Origin: an uncultured Gammaproteobacteria bacterium
Lineage (GTDB): Bacteria > Patescibacteriota > Patescibacteriia > UBA1558 > 2-01-FULL-52-15
Reading direction: 5' to 3'
NCBI GenBank assembly: GCA_964402565.1
Contig: CAYOCJ010000001.1
Location: 32,079 to 96,078, forward strand
Length of the DNA: 64,000 nt
Within the stretch, counting starts at the first letter, position 1. Each line of letters starts with the position of its first letter. Under the pieces are notes generated by a model. It saw nothing but the letters and a program-made list of their open reading frames with translations. It made no database searches and was not told the origin of the DNA. This document shows, piece after piece, positions 46,023 through 56,131 of this stretch. Both the position numbers and the translations under genes were made by a program.

Positions 46023-46811
46023 ATGAAAATGCCCAAATCATTTCCTCCGGTGATCATCATCCTTCTCGTCGCCTGCGCCATTGGCGTCGCGACTTTTATT
46101 GTTGGACAGCCGCCATTATCAAATACCAATCCAACACCATGTGCTCAGGAAGCAAAAGTGTGTCCTGACGGAAGCACGGTCGGGCGCACGGGGCCGCATT
46201 GCACGTTCGCTGATTGTCCTGAGCCTCAACGTTTGAACCTCTACGAGAATGAATATTTCCAGGTGCAGATGCCTGACGGATGGAACGCAAGCGAAGCGAC
46301 CCAAACGGTTTATGATGGCAATGTAGAAACGCATCCGTTGAATCCTGCAGCCGTGAACATCAGAAAAGGAAAATATATTTTATACATCAACGCACATATG
46401 CAGCAGGCGAGCGGGGTTGAAGGCGGCAGATACGCAGAAATCGCCATGGGGGCTCCGAGCGCAGATGCAGTCGTGATCTACCAGCCAAGCGAGCCATGCG
46501 GAACCAGCGAGAAATCACCGGTACTCATGGACCATCAGCGCGTTGACTGGTTTGTCAGTAAGCGTGATGCAAAAGAGTGGTGCGCGACGCCAAAGGATGA
46601 TTCGACCCGCTGGTACTTTTCATATGTAACGCATACCGGAGGGTATATCAACTATTATACGCCGGACACGCCGCCGGGGTATGTGATCACTATGGCATAT
46701 GATTCGAAAGATATAGCTGCACTGCCGAAAAAGGAGAGCGTCGAGCTTCAGCAGGCGCTGTCTGACATGTCTCGCATCGTCAATACCTTGGTGTTAAAGA
46801 AAAAGAGTTAA
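46023..46811 (+). CDS. Hypothetical surface protein with Cys-rich module
   Basis: TM plus CAQEAKVCPDGSTVGRTGPHCTFADCP. Confidence 0.8.
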   Translation: MKMPKSFPPVIIILLVACAIGVATFIVGQPPLSNTNPTPCAQEAKVCPDGSTVGRTGPHCTFADCPEPQRLNLYENEYFQVQMPDGWNASEATQTVYDGNVETHPLNPAAVNIRKGKYILYINAHMQQASGVEGGRYAEIAMGAPSADAVVIYQPSEPCGTSEKSPVLMDHQRVDWFVSKRDAKEWCATPKDDSTRWYFSYVTHTGGYINYYTPDTPPGYVITMAYDSKDIAALPKKESVELQQALSDMSRIVNTLVLKKKS

Positions 46812-46848
46812 TGCCGCTACATCTCTGACAGAGGCGCATTTCCGGTAG

Positions 46849-46891
46849 TTGACATTTTTTGAAAATAAGTTAAGATACTTACATAGTAAGT
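46849..46891 (+). promoter_or_regulatory. Promoter with adjacent palindrome (probable MarR operator)
   Basis: TTGACA-16-TAAGAT, then ACTTAC-ATA-GTAAGT at 46877-46891. Confidence 0.6.
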
Positions 46892-46919
46892 TTCTAATCT
46901 ATTTAACGTCTGCTACTGT

Positions 46920-47354
46920 ATGACACCGAGGAAGCAACTCATAGACGAGATAATGGCAAATTTTCAGGCCATGAAGAATAAAATGCACGCACAAGTAGGC
47001 GCGCATAGTTCAAAGCTGGGAATCACGCATTCGCAGCTCTTTGTGCTGGCTATTATAGAAAAGAATCAAAATATCGGCATCAAGGAAATTTCCCGCAAAC
47101 TGAACATTACCTCGAGCGCTTCGACGCAGCTCGTCGACGGCTTGGTTGCGAAAGGCTATGTTATTAGAAAATCCAGTTCGAAAGACCGCCGGGCTCTCCA
47201 CCTTTCATTGTCGCCGCAAGGACGCTCGCATATCGCTGACATGAAAAAAAAGCGCATGAAGATGATGATGAAGTTCTTCGATCCGCTGAACGATGAAGAG
47301 TTGGCAACCTACTTAGCTTTGTATAAAAAAATAGTAACGAGCATTAAAAAATAA
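46920..47354 (+). CDS. MarR-family regulator
   Basis: ITHSQLFVL, STQLVDGLV.KGYV.R, DRR. Confidence 0.92.
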   Translation: MTPRKQLIDEIMANFQAMKNKMHAQVGAHSSKLGITHSQLFVLAIIEKNQNIGIKEISRKLNITSSASTQLVDGLVAKGYVIRKSSSKDRRALHLSLSPQGRSHIADMKKKRMKMMMKFFDPLNDEELATYLALYKKIVTSIKK

Positions 47355-47355
47355 T

Positions 47356-48144
47356 ATGATCGAAGTAAAGAATCTGACAAAAAAATTCGGCGATTTCGTC
47401 GCCGTGGACGATGTTTCTTTCTCAGTGAAGGAAGGGGAGACATTCGCCTTTCTCGGGCCGAACGGCGCCGGCAAATCAACCACTATCAAGATGCTGACGA
47501 CCCTTCTGCGTCCTTCATCGGGAACAATGACGCTGAATGGGCATGATCCCGTACAGCATCCTGAGCTCGCGCGAAGGACATTCGGCATCGTGTTCCAGGA
47601 CCCGAGCCTTGACGATGAGCTTACCGCGGCCGAGAATATGGCATTTCACGGCATACTCTATGACGTGCCTGACAAGCTGCGGAAAGAACGGACCGAGCAG
47701 CTTTTGAAATTTGTCGAGCTTTTCGACCGCAAAGATTCTCTGGTGAAAGAGTATTCAGGCGGCATGAAGCGCAGACTCGAAATTGCCCGCGGTTTGCTGC
47801 ACCATCCGAAGATTATGTTCCTCGATGAGCCGACCCTGGGACTTGATCCGCAGACTCGGAACGGCATGTGGCAGTATTTGAAAGATCTGAACAAGAACGA
47901 AAAGACCACTGTCTTCTTCACGACACATTATATGGAAGAAGCGGCAAAGGTTGCTGACCGGATCGCTATCATTGACCATGGCAAGATCATTGCATTGGGC
48001 ACCGTAGAGGAGCTGCTGAAGCAGACATCCACGAATTCCCTTGAAGAAGCTTTTTTGTCGCTGACTGGTTCGTCTATTCGTGAGGAATCAGCAAGCTCTG
48101 CTGATCAATTCAGGAATGTCGCTAAAATGTGGGGTCGCAGATAA
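47356..48144 (+). CDS. ABC transporter ATP-binding protein (DrrA-like)
   Basis: GPNGAGKST, YSGGMKRRLEIARG, LDEPT, TTHY. Confidence 0.95.
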   Translation: MIEVKNLTKKFGDFVAVDDVSFSVKEGETFAFLGPNGAGKSTTIKMLTTLLRPSSGTMTLNGHDPVQHPELARRTFGIVFQDPSLDDELTAAENMAFHGILYDVPDKLRKERTEQLLKFVELFDRKDSLVKEYSGGMKRRLEIARGLLHHPKIMFLDEPTLGLDPQTRNGMWQYLKDLNKNEKTTVFFTTHYMEEAAKVADRIAIIDHGKIIALGTVEELLKQTSTNSLEEAFLSLTGSSIREESASSADQFRNVAKMWGRR

Positions 48145-48155
48145 TACTAACACCT

Positions 48156-48902
48156 ATGAAAAAAATATATATTCTTTGGCTCCGTCAACTGAAGCGCTAT
48201 ATCCGTTCGAAATCGCGCATTATCGGATCGTTGGCGCAACCGCTGCTATTCTTGCTTGCGCTCGGCTATGGATTCGGCTCAGTGTTCCAGAAAGCAGGGC
48301 AGGGAAATTACGTTAATTTTCTTGCGCCAGGTATCATCGGAATGAGCATTTTGTTTACGTCGATTTTTACCGGTATTGAGATTATTTGGGACAGGCAATT
48401 CGGCTTCCTGAAAGAAATGATGGTAGCGCCGATGTCGCGTCTGAATATCATGATCGGCAGAACCTTGGGAGGAGCTACCGTTGCGACCATACAAGGTTTG
48501 CTTGTTCTTATTATCTCGATCCTATTCGGTTTCCGTCCGGACAATTGGGGAGGGATTGCGCCGCTGATACTCGTCATGTTCCTGGTTGCTTTGCTCTTCA
48601 CCGCATTAGGCACCATGATAGCATCGCTGTTGAATGATATGCAGGGTTTTCAGCTCATCATGAACTTCCTTGTCATGCCGATGTTCTTCCTCTCTGGCTC
48701 GCTATTTCCATTGACTAACCTGCCTACGGCTCTGGCGATCATTACTCGCATTGATCCGCTTTCATACGGCATCGATGCATTCCGTTATTTCCTGATCAAT
48801 TCGAGCCACTACGGCTTAGGAGTTGATATCACATTTCTCGCAGGCATAACTGCAGTATTCATGTGGCTTGGCAGCTACTTCTTCAAGAAGATTCAAATTT
48901 AA
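48156..48902 (+). CDS. ABC-2 type permease
   Basis: WDRQFGFLKE, PMFFLSG.LFP, PLSYGIDA. Confidence 0.93.
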   Translation: MKKIYILWLRQLKRYIRSKSRIIGSLAQPLLFLLALGYGFGSVFQKAGQGNYVNFLAPGIIGMSILFTSIFTGIEIIWDRQFGFLKEMMVAPMSRLNIMIGRTLGGATVATIQGLLVLIISILFGFRPDNWGGIAPLILVMFLVALLFTALGTMIASLLNDMQGFQLIMNFLVMPMFFLSGSLFPLTNLPTALAIITRIDPLSYGIDAFRYFLINSSHYGLGVDITFLAGITAVFMWLGSYFFKKIQI

Positions 48903-48905
48903 TGT

Positions 48906-49523
48906 ATGGATTACAAAACCTTAGCCAGCACAGGATCAATAGCCAAGACTATTGAGGCGCTCAAAGAACATGGTGTGGAGGCCGAAGTCGTTGATACCGG
49001 CGCAGAAGCGCTCGAGAAGATCAAACAGCTGATCCCGCAGGGTGCTTCAGTTATGAATGGTGCTTCAAAGACTTTGGAAGAGATAGGGTATATCGAGTAT
49101 TTGCAATCGGGCGAACACGGATGGAAAAATCTGAAAGCCGATATTCTCGCGGAAAAAGATATTGCGAAGCAGACAGCACTTCGCAAACAAGCAACGCTCT
49201 CAGAATATTATCTTGGCAGCGTGCATGCGCTGTCTGAGACAGGTGAATTCATCGTCGCCTCGAATACCGGAAGTCAATTGCCGCAGATCGTATTTAATTC
49301 GCCGAATCTTATCCTGGTTGTCGGCACGCAAAAGATCGTGCCGAGCCTCGATGCTGGTATGAAGCGCCTGGAGGAATACGTAGTACCGCTCGAAGATGCG
49401 AATATATTTCAAAAATTTGGCACGCATACCATGCTTTCGAAAGTCCTGATATTTAAACGCGAGAATACGCGGCTTGGCAGGAAGGTGCACATGATACTGG
49501 TGCATGAGACATTAGGTTTTTAA
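48906..49523 (+). CDS. LUD-domain (lactate utilisation protein-like) protein
   Basis: YLGSVHAL.ETG, SNTGSQ, VVGTQKIVP. Confidence 0.8.
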   Translation: MDYKTLASTGSIAKTIEALKEHGVEAEVVDTGAEALEKIKQLIPQGASVMNGASKTLEEIGYIEYLQSGEHGWKNLKADILAEKDIAKQTALRKQATLSEYYLGSVHALSETGEFIVASNTGSQLPQIVFNSPNLILVVGTQKIVPSLDAGMKRLEEYVVPLEDANIFQKFGTHTMLSKVLIFKRENTRLGRKVHMILVHETLGF

Positions 49524-49535
49524 GCATACCTTTTG

Positions 49536-49567
49536 AAGAGCGGCCGCCGGAGGAGGCCGCTCTTTTT
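49536..49567 (+). terminator. Intrinsic terminator
   Basis: AAGAGCGGCC/GGCCGCTCTT followed by TTT. Confidence 0.75.
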
Positions 49568-49684
49568 ATACAGAAGCATGCTGTCTTGCTAAGTTTTTTG
49601 ATGCAGGGTAGGGTGTTCTGACGGCATGCTGTTCTCCTTGCTTGCCTTCACATAACGTACTTTTTCAATTCCAAGGAGGAATTC

Positions 49685-50341
49685 ATGAGGGCCCGGTCGG
49701 TCATGCTCATCGCGATCGCGTTGGTGACGCTGGGTTTCTCACAGCGTGCTGAAGCAGCACAATGCTACGGAGGATTTACCATCGGCATGGCAACTGCCGG
49801 ACATGTGCCGACCAAGCAACAGCGCGAGTTCTTGGCACACGATCATGTCGAAGGAACGTTCGATGTGGAACGCGATAGCAAACCATACGGTTTCTTCGTT
49901 GGTTGTGAGCTTCCGCATGGCTTTGCTATCGAAGGCACGCACCAGCGCGAAATTCACGCGCAAATCGACACGCACGCAGCGTTAGTATTCCGTTCGCTTT
50001 TTGACGGTAACCTCTGGGTGCTTGCTGTTCCATTCACGATCACCGAACGGGTGAATGTGGAGACCTACAGCGCTTCGATGCTCTGGCATTTCCCCCCGCA
50101 GAATCAGACTCGCGGCTTTGTCCGCGCCGGCATCGGGTACGCCTTCGGTGAATTGAACGCTGCGCTCATCGTCGACGGGACTGATCTGGTGGATTATCAC
50201 CGGGAGCGAAGCAAGCCATATCCGTATCTGGGACTCGGATTCGAGATGCGGAGCCAAGGCGGGTGGCTGATGCGCACTGAATTTCAGGAATACCCCTGTC
50301 AGGTGCACATGCTGCAGTTTTCGATCGGACACCGTTTCTAA
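49685..50341 (+). CDS. Outer-membrane beta-barrel-like protein (OmpA-TM-like)
   Basis: Signal peptide ending AEA, amphipathic strands (FVRAGIGY, YLGLGFE, MRTEFQ), C-terminal FSIGHRF; SD AAGGAGGA. Confidence 0.75.
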   Translation: MRARSVMLIAIALVTLGFSQRAEAAQCYGGFTIGMATAGHVPTKQQREFLAHDHVEGTFDVERDSKPYGFFVGCELPHGFAIEGTHQREIHAQIDTHAALVFRSLFDGNLWVLAVPFTITERVNVETYSASMLWHFPPQNQTRGFVRAGIGYAFGELNAALIVDGTDLVDYHRERSKPYPYLGLGFEMRSQGGWLMRTEFQEYPCQVHMLQFSIGHRF

Positions 50342-50356
50342 TCAGGAGGAAATTTA

Positions 50357-50391
50357 CGCCGCGCTGGCTTTCAGCGCGGCGTTTCCTTTTC
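50357..50391 (+). terminator. Intrinsic terminator
   Basis: CGCCGCGCTG/CAGCGCGGCG followed by TTTCCTTTT. Confidence 0.8.
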
Positions 50392-50425
50392 TTGCAAAGT
50401 TCATTGCAGGGAGTATATTTGACTC

Positions 50426-50968
50426 ATGCACAGGATCGACATGCAACAAACTGAAAACCCTCAGCTCGCTAATGGAAAGGTTCGCAGACGCACCACGACA
50501 CGGCGGATCATTCGCAGTCTGAAGGCGCAGGCTGATTCAAAGCGGACTGTCTATGAGAAAATAAGCGATTGGATAAATCTTGCCTTTGGCAGCTTTACAT
50601 TTTTGATGGTCAATGCGATCTGGTTCTTGATTTGGATATTGTGGAATATCGGGGCAGTTCCGGGTGCGGTCGGGTTTGATCCATTTCCGTTCGGGCTTCT
50701 GACTATGATCGTCTCGCTCGAAGCCATCATTTTATCCATCTTTGTTTTGATTTCACAAAACCGCGCTTCCCGCGTGAATGATCTCCGTGAAGAGACGGAC
50801 CTGCAGATCGATGTCATTACTGAACAAGAATTAACCAAGCTCATGTCCATCGTCACTCTGCTTGCAGAGAAGCAGGGCATCGACTTGTCCGGCGACACGA
50901 CGCTGCAAGAAATGCTCAAGCCTCTGGATACGAAAAAGATCGAGAACGCTCTCGAAAGGCAAGTGTAA
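50426..50968 (+). CDS. DUF1003-domain membrane protein
   Basis: FDPFPFGLLTMIVSLEAI..S.FVLISQNR. Confidence 0.9.
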   Translation: MHRIDMQQTENPQLANGKVRRRTTTRRIIRSLKAQADSKRTVYEKISDWINLAFGSFTFLMVNAIWFLIWILWNIGAVPGAVGFDPFPFGLLTMIVSLEAIILSIFVLISQNRASRVNDLREETDLQIDVITEQELTKLMSIVTLLAEKQGIDLSGDTTLQEMLKPLDTKKIENALERQV

Positions 50969-51000
50969 AAAGGAATATTTTTTTGTGTTATACTAATGCT

Positions 51001-51870
51001 ATGAAAAAAATTTCATATATTATTCTTGGCATGGCTGTCATTATCTTGGCCGTTGTCATTACCATGGTTAATCAGACTGCGCAGGAGATCAAAAAAGCAA
51101 TTCCGACCGATGATAACGAACCCTCGCCATACAATGCTACGTATATTATCGATGATAGCCCGGTGGCCTTGGTCAGCGGGAAAGCTGAAGAAGCAATCAA
51201 CGACTCATCTTCGAAGAAGATCACCACGGTATTTGATGCTCAAAAGAAAGCCGATGTGAATGCAGATGGCAAAGACGATGTAGTGGTCATTCTAACGCAG
51301 ACGAATGGAGGCAGCGGGACTTTTTATTATGCCGCTGTCGCTCTGGGAACCGACGCCGGGTATGATGGCACAACAGCCGTATTGCTCGGTGATCGTATTG
51401 CTCCGCAAACGATAGATATCCACGACAGTATCATCGCAGTGAACTATGCTGATCATAAAGAAGGAGCCCCTATGACCGATCAGCCGACAGAGGATATTAC
51501 CAAGTATTTAAAAGTAAGCGGTAAGACCTTGGTGCCCTTCTTTTCGAGCAATCCGATGATCCACGTGGGAGTTCCGTCAGCATTCCAGACCATAGCATCT
51601 CCGCTCACGGTGAGCGGTGAAGCGAGGGGAAGCTGGTATTTCGAGGCTAGTTTCCCGGTGCAAGTGCTGGATATGAATGGAAATGTGCTAGCTTCAACAC
51701 CGGCTCAGGCACAAGGAGATTGGATGACTGATAATTTTGTGCCCTTTACTGCAACATTGTCATTCACCGGAGTCTCAGGTCAGAATGGAACAGTCGTATT
51801 TAAAAAAGACAACCCGTCAGGTCTGCCTCAGAACGAAGGATCGGTAAGTATTCCGATAAAATTTCAGTAA
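51001..51870 (+). CDS. Membrane-anchored protein with C-terminal Gmad2 Ig-like domain
   Basis: SPLTVSGEARGSWYFEASFPV, KDNPSG. Confidence 0.85.
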   Translation: MKKISYIILGMAVIILAVVITMVNQTAQEIKKAIPTDDNEPSPYNATYIIDDSPVALVSGKAEEAINDSSSKKITTVFDAQKKADVNADGKDDVVVILTQTNGGSGTFYYAAVALGTDAGYDGTTAVLLGDRIAPQTIDIHDSIIAVNYADHKEGAPMTDQPTEDITKYLKVSGKTLVPFFSSNPMIHVGVPSAFQTIASPLTVSGEARGSWYFEASFPVQVLDMNGNVLASTPAQAQGDWMTDNFVPFTATLSFTGVSGQNGTVVFKKDNPSGLPQNEGSVSIPIKFQ

Positions 51871-51940
51871 TTGATGCGGCCAGAGAGATAAAATGAAAAT
51901 TTTTTTGTCATCTCGACAAAAATAATGTATACTGGTGAAG

Positions 51941-53176
51941 ATGCAAAAAAGCACACTCTTTTTTCTTTTTATTTTCGCTAATATTGCGCTTCTCGCTCCG
52001 GTACATGCGCAAGAATCAGCAACATCTACGCCAACTTCGACCGAACCGTTGACGTCTACTTCTACTGCACCCCTGATAACTCTTCCGATATCGACTCCGA
52101 CATCGACTGAGCCTTTGCTTATTCAAAAAATAGAGCAGGCAAAAGAATTATTGAAGGATGACAAGCTGGATTATACGGTGATTTCGAAGTATAAGATAAT
52201 AAAAAAGAAAAAAGTACTGGCAGGATTCACGACAGATCATGAAAGCATCATTGTGGCGGTATATGATCCGGCCACAGATACGATCAGTAAGGTAAAAGGC
52301 GAACAGCATATCACGAAATTCACCTTCAATGATCCTGCGGTCTCGATCCAGGCATTGCGTTTCAATGGAGTGAATACTCCTTTCAAGGTCTCGAAGCCGG
52401 CGGGGGGCATCGTGGTTGCTCTGAAATATCTCATCACGCCGAAACTAGCACCGTCGAAAAAATCTTTGCTTGGCGAGTTGCGCGAAGTCGTCTATACGCC
52501 TTTTTCAGAGTCGTTCAACACACAAGAGTTTTATGATTACGGAAATGATTATATCAATGGCGTGATCAAGCAATCGATAGACCAGCTGCATGATATGCGT
52601 TCACAGCGTTCTTCAGGCTTATCAGTTGCAGCTGCCGTGAATCCTGCGCTTATCAAGTCATTGATCTACTCTGAACATATGGATCAGGGAGAACTGGTGA
52701 AAAATCCTGACACGCAAGGTTTGATCAACCGCCTGAATGTATTGTTCGCTATTAATGACGGCGACACGTTCCGGTATAGCGCGAGCAATGCAAATGCAAA
52801 AGGCATAGCACAATTCATTCCTTCAACCTACAAGTCTTTGGTGAAGAAATATCCTGAGGCGCATCTGATTCCTGATTTTGATGCAGGCATGGAAGATCAC
52901 GTAAATTCTTTGACTGCGGCGTTCTTGCTATTCGACGACTACACGGCAGGCGTGAAACGGGGCTTAGGCGATGCATTCATTGATAGCGAGGCTCCGTATT
53001 ATGGAGCAGCGGCTTATAATGGCGGTATTACAAGAGTCGTTCGGGCAGTCAAACAATTCGGCGACAAGTGGAGCCAGGCCGGCAATAAGCCGAAAGCGAA
53101 GGCTTTGAAAGCAGAAACTATAGGCTATGTAGCCAAAATTCGGAAGCTGTTCTCGGTTTTCGATGCAGAGATGTAG
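51941..53176 (+). CDS. Secreted protein with lytic transglycosylase (SLT)-like domain
   Basis: Signal peptide, S.ANAKGIAQFIPSTY, AAAYNGG, ETIGYV. Confidence 0.75.
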   Translation: MQKSTLFFLFIFANIALLAPVHAQESATSTPTSTEPLTSTSTAPLITLPISTPTSTEPLLIQKIEQAKELLKDDKLDYTVISKYKIIKKKKVLAGFTTDHESIIVAVYDPATDTISKVKGEQHITKFTFNDPAVSIQALRFNGVNTPFKVSKPAGGIVVALKYLITPKLAPSKKSLLGELREVVYTPFSESFNTQEFYDYGNDYINGVIKQSIDQLHDMRSQRSSGLSVAAAVNPALIKSLIYSEHMDQGELVKNPDTQGLINRLNVLFAINDGDTFRYSASNANAKGIAQFIPSTYKSLVKKYPEAHLIPDFDAGMEDHVNSLTAAFLLFDDYTAGVKRGLGDAFIDSEAPYYGAAAYNGGITRVVRAVKQFGDKWSQAGNKPKAKALKAETIGYVAKIRKLFSVFDAEM

Positions 53177-53245
53177 CATGTTGTTATAAATCATTCTTTC
53201 AAGTAGGATTACTGTAGTAATCAATTTTTAGCTGAACTCAAATCA

Positions 53246-54637
53246 ATGGCTAGTTTCTATACGTTAGGTATCGCACCGAAATTTTTGGATATTTTAAAGG
53301 ATCTTCAATTTATTACGCCGACTCCTATTCAGGAGCAGGCAATACCCATTGCCATAGAAGGCAATGACATCATAGGCATCGCGCAGACCGGTACCGGCAA
53401 GACGCTGGCATTTGGCATACCCATGATACAGCGCCTGGCGCGCGCAGGAGGCAAGGGTCTGGTTGTTTTGCCGACGCGGGAACTGGCTTTGCAGGTGGAT
53501 GAAGTATTTCGTACGCTCGGCAGTACGCTGGGTTTGCGGACATCTGTTCTGATCGGAGGCGCTCCGATGGGAAGACAATTGCAGGAACTGAAGAAAACCC
53601 CGCATGTGATCATTGCAACTCCGGGCCGCTTATTGGACCATGTAGAGCACAGATCAGTGGATCTGGGCGCCATGACCATCGTTGTGCTTGATGAAGCAGA
53701 CCGGATGCTGGATATGGGATTTGCTCCGCAGATCAAAAAAATATTAGCCGGCCTTCCTAAAGTGCGGCATATGATGCTTTTTTCGGCGACGATGCCGCAG
53801 GATATCGTGCAGATAGCGACTAAGCATATGAAACTTCCGTTACGGGTAGAGATCGCACCGGCAGGGACTACCGCTGAGCGCGTACAGCAAGAATTATTCA
53901 TGGTCGCTAAAGAAGATAAGATCCGTTTGCTTGATACATTATTGAACCACTATCGCGGCACGGTCCTTATCTTTTCCCGCACCAAGCATGGTGCGAAGAA
54001 AATTTGCAGAGCAGTGATTGCCATGGGGCATCCTGCAACCGAGCTGCATTCGAATCGGTCGCTTTCGCAACGCAAAGAAGCGCTCGGAGGATTTAAGTCA
54101 GGAAAATATCGCATCATGGTTGCAACTGACATCGCAGCACGAGGCATCGACGTCGAAGGCATCGAACTAGTCATTAATTTCGATATTCCGGATGATCCTG
54201 GGGATTATGTGCATCGCATCGGACGGACAGCGCGAGCCGGGCGCGAAGGCAAAGCTATAAGTTTTGTTACGCCTGATCAACGAGGCAAGCTTCGAGATAT
54301 CGAACGGCTGACCCGAATGACGCTGAAAATTTCTCAATCACCAGAGCTTGCTCCGCGCCGTGCGCCAACTGTTGCAGCCAGACCCCAGAGACAAGGGCGC
54401 GCTCATCGCCCGAATCAACATGGCCATCCTAAACCGACGTTCCGCAGCATGGAACCATCAAGGCAAGTCCGTTTCGGTGGCCGTGGCAATGAGCGCAGGC
54501 TTGACGAGGAGCGCATTGGCATATTGCAATCACCGCATGAAAGCGAAGATGATAAATTTTTCAGCAGACCCCGGCCTTCGAGGCCGTATCGCGACCCGAA
54601 ACGGGGGCATAGAGGAAGAGGCAGGTCTTCGCGATAA
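53246..54637 (+). CDS. DEAD-box RNA helicase
   Basis: AQTGTGKT, PTRELA, DEAD, SAT, HRIGRTAR. Confidence 0.97.
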   Translation: MASFYTLGIAPKFLDILKDLQFITPTPIQEQAIPIAIEGNDIIGIAQTGTGKTLAFGIPMIQRLARAGGKGLVVLPTRELALQVDEVFRTLGSTLGLRTSVLIGGAPMGRQLQELKKTPHVIIATPGRLLDHVEHRSVDLGAMTIVVLDEADRMLDMGFAPQIKKILAGLPKVRHMMLFSATMPQDIVQIATKHMKLPLRVEIAPAGTTAERVQQELFMVAKEDKIRLLDTLLNHYRGTVLIFSRTKHGAKKICRAVIAMGHPATELHSNRSLSQRKEALGGFKSGKYRIMVATDIAARGIDVEGIELVINFDIPDDPGDYVHRIGRTARAGREGKAISFVTPDQRGKLRDIERLTRMTLKISQSPELAPRRAPTVAARPQRQGRAHRPNQHGHPKPTFRSMEPSRQVRFGGRGNERRLDEERIGILQSPHESEDDKFFSRPRPSRPYRDPKRGHRGRGRSSR

Positions 54638-54681
54638 TGTACTCGTCTCATTGTTATTTTGCGCACGCCGTAGTATAGTAG

Positions 54682-55812
54682 ATGCGAAATATGAGCAAGG
54701 TAAATTGGAAAAATTTCAACTGGCCTGTCGGCGGCTTTATCATCATTTATCAGTCGCTTTTTTTAGTTAGTTTGCCCTTTTATTTCTACTTTTTCCGGCC
54801 GTCTCTTGCTTTGATCCTATGGTCTGTGCTCTTGCTCATGGTCACGGTCTCAAGCATTGGCGTCTATCATCGTTGCTACTCGCACAAAGGCTATAGCCTC
54901 AATAAATTGGCAGAGCCGTTTTTCTTGTTTTTTGCGACGGCAGCTTTTCAGGGAAGCGCGCTGTGGTGGTCGCATGATCACAGGAAACACCATCATTTTG
55001 TCGATACGGAAAATGACCCCTATGCTATCAACAAAGGATTTTGGCATGCCCATGTGCTGTGGCTGCTCGAACGTTCTGAACCGAAAGAAATGCAGCGCTA
55101 TGTGCCGGATCTGTTGAAGAATAAATTGCTCGTCTTTCAGCATAAGTATTATATTCAATTGGCTATTGCAACGAATGTGGTCCTGTGGCTTATCGGCGGT
55201 GCGATCTTGCACGACTATGTCGGAACGTTCATCATTGCATGGTGGGGGAGATTATTCATCTCGCACCATGTGACCTGGTTCATCAATTCGCTGGCGCATT
55301 ACTGGGGCGAGAGGACCTATTCGAAAGAGCATTCAGCTGTCGACAATTATATGATGGCGTTCTTTACAGGAGGCGAAGGATACCACAACTACCATCATAC
55401 GTTCCCGGCCGATTATCGGAACGGCATCCGGTGGTATCATTTCGATCCGAACAAGTGGCTCGTCTGGACCTTGAGCAAGGTCGGGCTTGCATCAGGCCTT
55501 TTGAAATATCCGGAGCATGCGATACAGGAAAAACTGCTTCTTGCTGACAAAAAGTTATTTCTTGATAAGTTGTCAGAACGCGCATATGCGCGCAAGGCAG
55601 AATTAGAAGAGAGCGTTCAAAACCTCGCTGTATCCATTCAGGAAAAATTGCATCACATGCGCGAACTTGCTGATCAGAAGCATGAGGCATTCAAATCACG
55701 CAGAAAAGAATTAGCAAAAGAGCTGCGCATCGTCCGGAAAAGCATTCGCGCAGAATGGCGGCAATGGCATGCGGTAGGCCGCACGATAGTTTATCCCCGC
55801 ATCGTACGATAA
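54682..55812 (+). CDS. Delta9-type membrane fatty acid desaturase
   Basis: His boxes HRCYSH, HRKHH, GEGYHNYHH; DYRNG, DPNKW. Confidence 0.93.
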   Translation: MRNMSKVNWKNFNWPVGGFIIIYQSLFLVSLPFYFYFFRPSLALILWSVLLLMVTVSSIGVYHRCYSHKGYSLNKLAEPFFLFFATAAFQGSALWWSHDHRKHHHFVDTENDPYAINKGFWHAHVLWLLERSEPKEMQRYVPDLLKNKLLVFQHKYYIQLAIATNVVLWLIGGAILHDYVGTFIIAWWGRLFISHHVTWFINSLAHYWGERTYSKEHSAVDNYMMAFFTGGEGYHNYHHTFPADYRNGIRWYHFDPNKWLVWTLSKVGLASGLLKYPEHAIQEKLLLADKKLFLDKLSERAYARKAELEESVQNLAVSIQEKLHHMRELADQKHEAFKSRRKELAKELRIVRKSIRAEWRQWHAVGRTIVYPRIVR

Positions 55813-55816
55813 CACT

Positions 55817-56020
55817 ATGGGCATCTTACACGATCTAGAGCAGGCGATTGGTTTTACCGGAAGCGACTCTGATAGTTACCATGATTCTGGTTTGGATGAT
55901 ATTACACATGGGATCGTACATGGCATTAAAGATATTGCTCCTGCTGCGTTCACGCTAGGCATTTTGGTCGGCGGTTTGAAAATCATGAGCGACAGTCTTT
56001 CCGGGAAGAAAAAGCGATAA
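55817..56020 (+). CDS. Small hypothetical protein
   Basis: 67-aa ORF in tandem with the desaturase, followed by a terminator at about 56032-56060. Confidence 0.55.
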   Translation: MGILHDLEQAIGFTGSDSDSYHDSGLDDITHGIVHGIKDIAPAAFTLGILVGGLKIMSDSLSGKKKR

Positions 56021-56131
56021 TAGTTCGTATTCAAAAACTCGACTCGCGGCGAGTTTTTTGTTACGCCTGCATCGGTTTATCGTTTTTGGTAAAGTAAGAT
56101 ATACTATATGCATCATTAATGAAGACCATAT

